This document shows, piece by piece, positions 12,806 through 24,330 of a stretch of 64,000 nt of DNA. Below the pieces are notes generated by a model. That model was not told where the DNA came from and did not search any database. It saw nothing but the letters and a program-made list of their open reading frames with translations. Positions within the stretch are counted from its first letter, which is position 1. Each line of letters begins with the position of its first letter. This DNA is from Okamejei kenojei. Lineage: Eukaryota. The position numbers were made by a program, and so were the translations under genes. The stretch is taken from positions 16,120,001 through 16,184,000 of the forward strand of contig CM069163.1 of assembly GCA_035221665.1 (NCBI GenBank). Direction: 5' to 3'.

Positions 12806-13984
12806 ATTGACAGAGGGGAAATCATGGACGTGTTGGGCTGAAGGGCCAGTTTCTGTGGCATATGACTCCTATGACTCCACCACCACCACATGGACAGTTT
12901 CAGTATAAAATCTCTTGAATTTAAACCAGTTGAGATCTTCTGCAAGTAATTTGATTTTTAGATGAGGTTGTGAAATAGAGGAGAAAATAAAACCACCAAG
13001 GTGGCACAGAAATGTAATTGCAATTACAATCAACTCAACAATATTTTTGATAGGATGCTGCACTAATTGATACGGGTCCATTCTTCTTGAGATTTGGACT
13101 CACAGATCACAGTTGGGGCTTCAGATTTGTGCTTTTTATGAAAATAATTTGGATGAAGGCATGCTTGCTAATTTTGTTGGTGACATGGTGATAGTTAGCA
13201 ATGTAAGTTGTGAAGAGGACATAAGCGATCTACAAAGAAATATAGGAACATTGAGATTTCAAGAGAATCAAGAGTGATTTGTTGTCATATATACAGAAAC
13301 AGACCAATTAAATTCTCTCGTGCAGCTGCACATTTAATCAAAGGCATAAAATCCTCACTGGAGGTATGGAGAGAATGATTCCTCTTGTGGAAGAATCTAG
13401 AAGGAATAAAGTGTTGCTGATTTATGACAGACGTTGGGTATGATTCCTTTAGAAAGCTGTGATTCTTCAAAGTTTCCCAAAAATGGTGGAAGCAAAGTTT
13501 TTAAATATTTTTAGCCAGTGGTAAATTGGTACTTGATTAGCATGAGAGTGAAGGATTTCCATGGATAGACAGGAATACCTATTAGATTAAAGTTGTACAT
13601 TGTTTAAGGTGTGTATTTATTCCTAAACAGCAAAACCCAGGGAAGACATTGCCTTTCAATTAAAAATACAAAATGCAAATGCTCAAAATCTAAAGTAAAA
13701 ACAGAAAATGCTGGAAATGCTCTGCAGATCATGCTGCATCTGTGGAATCAGAAACATAACCATCATTCCACTTTCCTTCCTCCCTCTTCCCTTTGCCATC
13801 TGACATATCTAGTGAGCTGACAGAAAAGAAAAACTAATTGTAACTTTTGCCCTCATGAATGAATTTCCTCCCAAAATACTCCTCTCATGTTCATGACACA
13901 GGCAAAGTGTAGAGTTCGTTTTGCAGCCCAGATGCTAAGACATACCGACATTGGACTGAGGCTGCAGACCAAATGAATGGTTCA

Positions 13985-14655
13985 TTTACGCATTAAACAC
14001 TTTATTATCCCAGAAAACCTAGCGTGCCTGATCCACCCGTTGAACAAACGTGCCCCCGCCGACCAAAACGGGCTCCAGTAGGCCCGACTTGCCCCACAGG
14101 CCTCCCAGGGGACTGCAGAAAAGCCAGGCAGCGAGGCCTGTCTGGGCCGAAGGAGCCTCGGTGGCGATGAGATCCTCGGCGGCAACGGGAGCCTTGAGGC
14201 CTTGCCATAGGCGGCATTGGGGCCTTGGCGGCAGCTTGAACCTCGGCAGCAATGGAAGCCTCGGCAGCGATGAGAGCCTCGGCTGCGGTGGGGCCTTGCG
14301 ATCGACCCGCGACCAGCGCTCGATGAGCATGAGGGGGGAAGGGAAGCCAATGGGGACCTGGCGTGGGGGGATCGTTGTCAAGAACAATGGGGACCCAGCA
14401 TGAGGGGACCACCCTGAGGGACGATGATAGAACAAAGGGGGACCCAGCGTGGGGAGGGGGGGGCACTCTAGTTTTGGAATCCTCTGCCCAGGGGTTCAGT
14501 CTGCGTTTGTTTTGTTTATTCGTTCCAGTTAAGGCGCTGTGCAAACGGCAGCCAGCCAACAGTAACTTGTCTTTTTTTCACTTTTAATTTCAAGTTTTTG
14601 TGACTGTTGGCAGACCAATTTCCCTCCGGGAATGAATAAAGTTTTATCGTATCGA
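13985..14655 (+). mobile_element. GC-rich non-coding insertion with an internal 18-bp minisatellite and a Rex1/Babar-like tail
   Basis: Abrupt GC/CpG rise; ends CAATTTCCCTCCGGGAATGAATAAAGTTTTATCGTATCG. Confidence 0.55.
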
Positions 14656-15344
14656 ATTCGCCACTAAAGGTGCATAAGCTAATATATTGGTAACTTAAAC
14701 CTGGTTATTTACTGTAAAGTGAAGTAAAGTTGAATTTGCTGGAAATTTGTTGTCTCTGCTGTCCCTTCTTGTAAAATCTGACTAGAAAATCGTTCACTTC
14801 TCATCCTGACCATCGCTTTCCTTAACGAGTGCATGTGTGCGATAAAAAGGTGAATGAATTATTTAAGTGCTTCGAAGGCAATGCAGCTTTAACTTGGATA
14901 GTATTGATCTGAAATAAGTACTCTTTTCCTTGTAAACTGAGCTTTAAAATATTCCCTGGGACCTGTCAGCCACAAATCCATAAAATGACACATTTTATTA
15001 CAGTTCATAAACACTGATGTGCTGCTACTCTCGCTCAATTCTACTTAAACTTTGTGCAAACAGGTATTCAGCTGAAGTTCTGTGCAGTAAAAATTGCCTG
15101 TGGCTATGGTCGATCTTTTATTGTTAATTGTGTTTTCTCAGTCTACTATTTAGACCCGATTTTCAACAAGCTGTTTCGTATTAATTTGTAGTTCTTTCTT
15201 ACTATAACTCTATCTCTAAAGCAGTGATCCATTTCACATTTAGAGGGATACTGAATTCCCTGAATTCTTCGTATTCCAGGCGTTTGTACTTTTACTAATT
15301 TACATTATTTACAGTTTTAATGTACGCAGTGCTCCAAGTGGTTA

Positions 15345-15975
15345 GACTGAACTTGGAGTAGTGTGTGCAGTTCAGGTTGCCATATTAAAGGAAGGATGTG
15401 GTTGTTCTGGAGATTCACCAGGATGTTGCCTGTATTTGAGGACTTGGTTATGGGAAAGCTTGGATAGACTGGGTTTATTTGCCCTGGAGCAAAAGAGCCT
15501 AACAGATGACCTGATGGAGGTATATAAAATTATATGAGGCATAGACCGGGTAAATAGGCAGAATATTTTTCCCATGAGGGAAGAAGATTAGACTTTATTG
15601 CCTTCCATCACAGCGAGGAATGTGGAATCCGCTGTGGTGGATGTTTATGTTAACTTTTATGTAGTTGTGTGTCTTGTTACTTTTTGTAGTATGGCTGTGT
15701 GGTAATTGAGTTTCACTGTACCTTAATTGGTACATGTGACAATAAACTGACCTTGAAATTTTATAACCTTGATATTAGTATCCAAAACGAGAGAACATAG
15801 GTGTAAAGTGAGGGGAAGGAGAGTTTTAAGGGAGTTTCTTTACAGTGAAAGTGGTTGATATCAGGAACTTATGCAAGAGGGGGTGGTGGAGAAGCTATGT
15901 TTGAGTCATTTAGCCACATATAGACAATGTGTAGAAGGATATGAACCTTGTGGGGGCAAATAGATTTGGTATAGA
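15345..15975 (+). mobile_element. Decayed CR1 fragment interrupted by a short element (~15590-15772)
   Basis: CR1 3' ORF2 similarity on both sides of the insert. Confidence 0.65.
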
Positions 15976-17124
15976 TGGGCAAAAAAATTGTGGATACTGC
16001 AAGAACAAGAATTTTTTTTTTCTTATACTATCGCACAATATTTGTGTGAATCTGCTTCAGGGATTCACTTACTGCGCTAGCAGGCATTTTTCCTTTGAAC
16101 AGGTAACATGGCCGGGTAATGTAAATTAACTATACACAGGGTGGGCTCTCCGCTGGAGACTCATTTGGTAGCTGATTTTCTACTAGTTTAGATTGTGACT
16201 TCAGATTACAAATAACTGGATTGATGCTTTAGTCCAATACCAATTTAGCAAGACTAAATCAATCAGGATTTTAATCCTATTTCAAATGACAAAGAAGGTG
16301 ACCATTTTGGCCCATCACGTCTGCAGAGATTTAAAGCCTCATAGCCTCACTAATTTTGTGTCCTGTAACCTATTGTTCCAATGTTCCCATGCACTCCCTT
16401 CAGATACTACCAGCCACCTGCACTAGTAGCAATATATAGTTGTCAATTAACCTACCAGCCCCCATGTATTTGGCATGTAAGGGAAAAACAATGCAATCAC
16501 AGGGAGACTGTGTAGACTCCACACAGACAGTACTAGATTGAACCTGTGACATAGAACTGTGAAGTTACAATGTAAAAAACAAATGCAGGAGAAGGCTGTT
16601 TTTCCCTTTCTACCTGTTTTACCATTTGTCAATATTATAGCTAATCTTTTATCTCAACACCATCTTCCCATACCTTCCCCCTATCCCTTAAATGAAATCA
16701 ATGGATTTCAGGATATTTTGAATGACACTAATGGCCAAACCTCCAAAGCCATTATGGGAATAGAATTTCAACAGTACACCACCTGCTGCATGAGGATATT
16801 TATCTCTCTTGTTCTGATTGGCCTACCCCTTATTATTGCTCCTACACTATTCAGTCAGGGAAATCTTCCTGTTTCCAGCTATTTGCCTTAATGGAATTTT
16901 GAACGTCTGACTGCTTCATCATTCTTTCAAACTCCTGAGGATACAAGCCTAGTTTACTTAATAATTCCATGTACGGAAAACCTGCCATCTCTTCACTGCA
17001 CTGCATTTAGGTAACGAGACCAAAACTGCATATGATATTTCAGTGTTTTCCCTCATCCATGCTTTGACAAATTCTAAAGTCCTCCCAATCCTTGAGCTAT
17101 TTTCTGCCTCTTCTTTCGTCTTGG

Positions 17125-18485
17125 AGTCATAGAACAAAATAGTACAGAGAACAAACCCTTCGACCCAATTCATCCATGCCAACCAAGATGACCCATCTAA
17201 GCTAATCCCATTTGCCCATGTTTGGCCCATATCACTCTAATCCTTTCCTATCCATGTACATCTCCAATTGTCTTTGAAATGCTGTTATAGTACCTTCCTC
17301 AACTGTCTCATCTGGCAGCTAGTTCCATGTACCCACCTCACTCTGAGTGAAAACGTTGCCTCGCATGTTCCTATTAACTCTTCCCTTTCTCACCTTAAAC
17401 TTATGTCCTCTGGTTCTTGAATTGCCTATCATAGGTAAAATACCCTCAAGGTTTTATACACCTCTATAAGATCGTCTCTCAGCCTCATGCTCACCAAAGA
17501 AGAAAGTTCTAGCCTTATTTCCTTGCCTATTGGTCGTACCAGTGACATTTTCCTCTGGAAATGCAATTGTTTTTAAACAAGTAGATTGGTGTTCCCTTAT
17601 TATTTCCAATACCAATTAATTCAAGATTTATGACTTTTCTGCCCTATGGAAACAAAATACTACATCCTGTGGGCATCTCTGAACTCTGAAAGACATACAG
17701 GCCATGCATTGTTCTGGGCAAAGAGAGCAATTCCAAAAGGAAACTGTTGAAAATGAAGTGGGTTTATTTTGTTTAATCTGCTACAAAAATAAATATACTG
17801 CTGGGTTTCTATTCCCTTTGTTTTTCCCATCTTTTGGCTTACTGTTTTAGTGTTCAGTAAATTATTTTGTGGAACTACAGTCCAGTCTGATTAGGAGCTA
17901 GTTGATTCCACCATTTGATGTTTTTGCTGCTATAGGGAATATTGTCCGAGAAAAAGGTTAAACAGGGAGAATCATCATCATACAGCATGGTGGCCAGTCC
18001 CTTTTGCACAACTTGTCCATGACGACCAAGCTGTCCCATATAAGCTAGTTCCATTTGCTTGTCCATATCCCTCGAAACCTCTCCTTTCCATCTATCTGTC
18101 CAAGTGTCTTTCAAATACTCTTATAGTATCTGCCTCAATTACTACCTCCAGCAGCTCGTTCCATATACCCTCTACCCTCTGAGTGTAAAAGTTGCACCTC
18201 AGGTTCATAGTAAATCTTCCCCATGTCACCTTAAACCTATCTCCTGTTTTTTTTTTAATTCACCAATCCCATTCACCCTATTTATTTATATTGTGTTTTT
18301 ATATGCATCTATAAGATCACCCCTCGGCTCTGACTAAAATCCTAGCCTGTCCAACCTCCCCCTATAGCTCAGCACCTCTAGTCCTACCTACGCCCTAGTA
18401 GATATTCTCTGCAGCTTAACGACATTCATCATATAGCATGGTGTCCAAAATCCAGCCTCGTCAATAACTTGTTGAGCTGCAACTT
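17125..18485 (-). mobile_element. Two CR1 3' fragments (~17125-17515, ~17975-18485)
   Basis: Reverse-complement similarity to the CR1 tail at 11800-12115. Confidence 0.7.
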
Positions 18486-18756
18486 AAGGTCAGGGACATT
18501 TTAGACCCAGACATACAGATATAATTTATTCCCCTTTTTAAAAGCCTTCATTTTGTCCATTTAAAAAAAAAAAAATCCTAATACAAATTACATGCCCTAA
18601 TTTATAATTTAGATTGTCTTATGTCATTTAGAATGGTGATTAAAAAAATTAAAATTGTCATTGCTGGGGAGCTTATATAGCAGAAATAAAGAGATACCAG
18701 ACATAACTTTTCCACAGTTGACTGATTCCTAATCGTATTTTTAAATTATTCTTCAG

Positions 18757-18940
18757 CATTGCAGTCATCTATCCGAGCATACGCCACGTATCCGGCAAAT
18801 CTGAAGCAGATCTTCCATGTGAAATCTCTTCACCTTGGGCACACTGCCAAAAGCTTTGGACTTCGAGATGCACCACAGAAGCTGAGTGTCACAATAATGG
18901 CCAATCAGCAGAAGAAGAATCTTAAAACAAAAATGAAGAG
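18757..18940 (+). CDS. DDX31: DDX31 penultimate coding exon ([40 protein letters not shown]...)
   Basis: TTCTTCAG acceptor and GTAAGG donor at 18941. Encodes the helicase C-terminal extension motif [28 protein letters not shown] typical of DDX31/Dbp7. Phases are consistent with both neighbouring exons. Confidence 0.95.
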
Positions 18941-21934
18941 GTAAGGTCCTTAACTGCTGGAGTTCATTTTTGTGATTACCTGTAGTTTGGGTATTGTGCA
19001 TTCATTGTGTAGGACTGTTTCAGATGTATCCAGTTGTCTGTAATAAACCAGGGCCGAAGCCATAAATTCAGTTGGAAATAAAACATTTTATTTTTGATCT
19101 ACTCAGGAAAATTAAATGTTGTTTCAGAATTTTTATTATTGTGTTATCAATGGAACCTTTCAGTTTTGAACAATCTAGTTTTGCACTTATGTCTATCCTA
19201 ATCAAATGAAATTGTTATCCTATTCCCGGGATTCATTTGAATGTGCTCTGAAATCTCTGTTTTTATCATCTCTGTTTAATTGTTACAAACCCAGTTGATA
19301 ATTTTGCTTGCCTACAACTCGCGGTGGCAAAGTAAATCATGAGATTTTTCTTTGTTCTGCATTCTGCAGGCTGTATTGTAACATTACATGCCTCGGGATG
19401 AAGAGAGTAAAAGCCCTCTGGATTTGAGTTCTCTGCTATTGTTTTGGCAGCATTTCCAATTGCACACATAAACGAGGGTTTTAGTTCAGTATCTACTAAA
19501 AGTCGGGGAAATTCTCTTCCAAGAGACTCTACTAACAATGACTGAACAGAGTACATTGAGGATATTCTCCCTTGTGCACATTTAAGATGGGTCGATATTC
19601 CTGCCCTGGGGCTAGGTGAAGGATTGCTGGTCATCTCTGTTATATCTAGCCACCCATATCTCCAGGAGAGAACTGTGGCAATTATGAGTGGAGTCCTTTT
19701 CTATCGGGATCCAGAATACCTGGAACTTACCAGTGTGAGCTGGAATGCACTTATTCTGACTTTCATACGTGTGTCATAGATGTTTTATGCACATGTTTAT
19801 GCCAGGCATGCTGATGAATTCAATAGCTGCTACAGTAAACACTCTGCTTGTCTGCAAGCAGTTGCAAACCTTTCTCCCTCCTGGATAGGCCTTACAGATC
19901 CATTATGGATTTGTTTTTTTTTTGTCATTTTTCAGTAGTAGATGTTAAATAAATGTATGAACTAAATAAATGTATGGCTGCCTTTGTCCTACAAGGGGAA
20001 AAGAAACAAGTGCCAAGACTAATTGGTGCAGGGGATTGGAATATTGCTCTTTCATTTCTGGGTTACTTACATTCAAGTGCAATCTAGATAGGGTTAATCA
20101 AAATCATAATCTTCCTATAAGTCTGAAATGTCATTCTTACTGAGTATGGCTCCATATTTCGATACAAGCATGTAACAAACTGCCATTCATTCAGAGCAAC
20201 TGCAACAGTTTTTTGTGGTCCAACGGTGAATGTTTTATTGTACCCGGGGTTAAAATCGATAACAGTTTTAGTGTCCACATCAGTGTTGATGCTACATGCC
20301 CAAAATCAAAATGCTCAATGTTCGTACCCGGAATGGCAAAAACCAACACAAAGAACTAATTCACAAAGTGACAGCCAAATTTGTGGTCAGGTGTACCTTG
20401 GAAGATACACATTTTTTTCTCGAGGCCTAGATATTGGAAACCATTTTTGTAATTCTTCTCCAATCTACAAAATGGAAAATACAGGAAACATTCAGCAAGG
20501 CAGGCAGCATTGGTGGAAAGAGAAATAGTTATTTTTCAGGTTGAGGACCCTTCGACATGAAACATTAACTCTGTTTCTAGTTCCAGGGGTGCTGCCTGAC
20601 CGGTTGGTGGCAGCATTTTCCGTTTCTCCAGTCTATTTTTAATTTGCATTTACAATTGGGCTATTTTAATTTTGCATACTCCAAAGTAACACCACAGATA
20701 GTTCTGCACTGCTACAAGCCAAATTTGGATTGAGTTACCTGACAGGGTAAACATTGATTTTTCTTTTACGTGGTTTTGCTTGGGTGGTAGAAGGCATAAT
20801 CATCCAGATGGAGATGTTCTACACTAGAGGACTATTCAAACTAGATTCATCACAGAGTCATACACTACGGGAACGAACCCTATCATCCAACTTAACCACG
20901 GTGACCAGGATGCTACATCTAAGTTAGTCCCACTTGTCCATGTTTGACCCATATCCCTCCAAACTTTTTCTATCCATTTACTATAGTGAATGAGAAAGTG
21001 GGGATACCATAGAACTAGGGTGAACGAGTGATCCATGGTCAGCGTGGACTGAAGGGCCTGTTTCCATGCTGAATCTCTAAACTAAACTAAAAAAACTACA
21101 ATGTATTCTGCCAATGATCACTGTGTTTGCTGTAGCACCATATACATCAGCATACCTAACATAAATATGTGCATAAAACATCTGCGAAGTAATGCCAGAA
21201 GTATAAATATCCCATTTCATATGCTCATCATGTGTCAAAAATCCACATTGAATTAAACTATTAGCAAATTGTATGGCTCAAATACTAAGGTGTGTAGCTT
21301 TAATGTGACAGGGGCAAAGTTTAAAGGAGATGTGCAGGGCAAATTATTTCACACAGAGGGTTGTGAGTAGCTGGAATGTACTGCCTTGAGTGGGGGTTGA
21401 AGCTGATATCATAGTGATGTTTAAGAGAATTTTTGGATGGGCATATGGAGATGCAGGAAATGGAAGGATATGGATTTTGTGCCAGCAGACAAGCATTGGT
21501 CTTGGCATTATATTTGTCACGGAAGTTGTGGGGCAATGGGCCTGTTCTTGTGCTGTACTTTATTACATTCTATGGTTTAATCACATCCTTTCTATAACGT
21601 GGCAACTAAAACTGTGCACAGCACTCCAACTATGTTCTCACTAGAGCCAGGATTTCATGCCTTTTTTGATGATTTCACAAGAATGCCCTTTTCACAAATG
21701 AGTGCCTAAATCAGCCTATTTTTGCCGTTTTGCTAAAAGGTTATGCTATTTTCTCTAGATGTACTGTAATTACAATGATATTTTCTATGTTAACACGTTA
21801 ATGTTGTTATTATTAACGTGTTAACATAGTATAACTTACAAGAAAACTTCCGCCACCGGGGCAAAACCGAGGGCGCCACCATCATTCATTCATTTGTGCC
21901 ACTGCCTGCTGGTTCAGTCTTCTCCAAGATCTAT

Positions 21935-22223
21935 TTAAGAAAGAACTGCAGATGCTGGAAAAATCTAACGTAGACATAAAATGCTGGAGGAACTCAGCGG
22001 GTGAGGCAGCATCAATGAAGAGAAGGAATAGGCGATGTTTCGGGTTGAGACTCTTCATCAGACTGATGGGGGGGGGGGGGGGGCGGGAAAAATAAAGGAA
22101 GAAGCTGAGACAGTAGGACAAGAAGGAGAGCTGGGAAGGGAGAGGAGGGAGAAGATGAGGGCTATCTAAAATTAGAGAAGTCAATGTTGATACCGCTGGG
22201 GTGTAGACTACCCAAGCAAAATA
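21935..22223 (-). mobile_element. PLE 3' fragment nested inside the hAT element
   Basis: Same terminal repeat plus the IFRLGSL-like segment (ATTTTGCTTGGGTAGTCTACACCCCAGCGG on -). Confidence 0.8.
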
Positions 22224-22224
22224 C

Positions 22225-23487
22225 CCAAACTTATAGCCTCACTACATTTACTGCTGGCTCCAGTCGCATATCTGAGTTTTCGAGTGATCTGTGCAAGGCA
22301 TTCATTGATGCTGGAATTCCACTGTGGAAATTGGAAAACAAATCTCTGAGGTTTTTTAGAGAAATACACAGAGGATCATATACCAAGCGAGTCATCGTTA
22401 CGGAAAAATTATGTTGACAGCAACTTCAACAATGAAAATTGGTGCAGAAAATTAAAGATGATGTTGCATGCAACAAAATATGGATCTCAATAGACGAGAC
22501 AACTTATGTTGTGGGGAGATATGTTGCCAATGTGGTCATTGGTACACTAGAGGCAGGTCAACCATCAAAGGAGTATTTGTTGACATTGGAAGTATTGGGG
22601 AAGTTAAACAGCTTAACTATTGCTCAGTTGTTTACATCTTCACTTGCTGTACTTCGGCCAGAAGGTATAATACACGAGAATGTTCTTCTGTTTGTGACTT
22701 ACAGTTTTATTCCGCAAAATGTTGCATTTGACATGCTTTGCTCAAGGACTTCATGGAATTGCCAAGCACATACGTAGCTTGTTTCCAAATGTCGATCGCC
22801 TTGTTTCCTATGTCAAGAAAATCTTCCTCAAAGCACGGTCACGTGTGCAGTTGTTCAAGGACATGGCACCCGAGATTCCGCTACCTTCCCAGCCGTGACT
22901 AGGTGGGGTACATGGCTAATTGACTAGGTGGGTACATGGCTCTCTGCTGTACTCTACTATGCTGCAAATTTTGAAAAGATAAAATAAATCGTCAACTGTT
23001 TTGAAGAAGAAGAATCTGCTGCAGCCAGGATTGTCAGTGAAACCTCCACCGTGATCCTCCACCGTGTGTTTATTGCTTCCAATTTTGCAAACTTCCCACA
23101 AGCCATCACTTCCCTTGAGAAACCTGGTGAAAAATTAGTGAATAACTTGCAGGTTTTCAACAAAGTAACTGACGATATTCGTAAAGTGCCTGGAGATTTA
23201 GGTAAAGACATACAAGGAAAATGTGAGAGAGAATTTTGGCTAACAAAGATCTTGAAGAAATAGAAAACATACCTAAAGTTCTCAAAGGTAGTTGTAATGC
23301 ACATGATATCGATATGAATATAGAGTCTGTAGCTTGTTTCAGGTATGCACCAGTGGCCTCAGCTGAGATAGAAATAAGTTTTTCACAACTGAAGCATATT
23401 CTGTCTGACAGACGGCATAGTTTTACACCAGATCATTTGAAAAAAATGCTAGTAATTATGTGCAACCAGGCAACTTTGGTCATTTAA
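22225..23487 (+). pseudogene. Frameshifted hAT transposase (CGGBP1-related type)
   Basis: Fragments include DLCKAFIDAGIPLWKLENKSLR, IWISIDETT (first catalytic D), a CxxH-like HLTCFAQGLH, TRWGTW, and the C-terminal dimerisation motif APVASAEIEISFSQLKHILSDRRHSF. Several frameshifts and a small internal duplication near 22895-22941. Confidence 0.88.
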
Positions 23488-23655
23488 TGTAGTATACCTT
23501 TATATCATCATTTTTAAACTATATTTTGGTGGTGGAAATAAATGCCTTTGCCTTTTTTGTCACTAAATGCCTTTTTCGTGCCTTTTTTGTAATTTTATCA
23601 TGCCTTTTTGCCTGCCCATTTCAGAGTTTTTTTGTGCCAAAACATCCTGGCTCTA

Positions 23656-24330
23656 GTTCTCACCAATGCCTTGTACAGCTGCAACATAACATCCTAACTC
23701 GTATACTCAGTGTCTCAATCGATAAGACCAAGAGTAATATGCCTTCTTTGTCTTCGTGTATAGATATTTTGCCAATTTAAACAAACTATGCACTTGTACC
23801 CTGGGATCTCTCTTATCTTGCAACACTCCCCAGGACCTGCCATTCACTGTGTATGTCCTGCCCTGGTTTAACTTTCCAAAATTATTCACTCTGCACTTGG
23901 CTGAGTTAAATTCCATCTGCCATTCCTTTGACCGCTTCCTCATTTGATCTGGATCCTATTGTAACCAGGGACAATTGTCTTCACTGCACACTACACTACT
24001 TTTTGGTGTCATCTTTGCAAGCTTGCTAATCATGCCATATACATTATCATGCAAACTGTTAGTATTTATAACAAACAGCAAAAGGACCCAGCACTGATCC
24101 CCAAAACACACCTCTGGTCGCAGGCCTCCAAACTGAAAATATAACTCTCCACGCCTACTTTCTGACTTCCACCGCTAGCCAATTTTTGAATCCAATTGGC
24201 TAGCTCATCCTGGTTCCCACGGGATCTAACCTTCCTCACCAGCCTGACCTTTTCATAGACCTTGATAAAGTCCATGTAGGTAACGTCTACCGCCCGGCAA
24301 TCCATTTGGTCACTCTTCAAAAAAGTCAAT
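23656..24330 (-). mobile_element. CR1 RT fragment; continues at ~21580-21641 across the hAT insertion
   Basis: WQMEFNSAKCRV..FG and DVTYMDFIKVYEKV; the flanks rejoin seamlessly when the hAT is removed. Confidence 0.8.

Larger units (their letters stand above)
21642..23655 (+). mobile_element. hAT DNA transposon with decayed transposase
   Basis: 12-bp TIRs TAGAGCCAGGAT/ATCCTGGCTCTA and 8-bp TSD GTTCTCAC (21634-21641, 23656-23663). Subterminal TGCCTTTT repeats at both ends. Confidence 0.93.

Noticed and set aside
13982-14587. Overlapping 74-184 aa ORFs
   Set aside because: Explained by a stop-poor GC-rich minisatellite insertion.
22225-23487. Domesticated CGGBP/ZBED-like host gene
   Set aside because: Multiple frameshifts, an in-frame stop and retained TIRs/TSD indicate a dead transposon.
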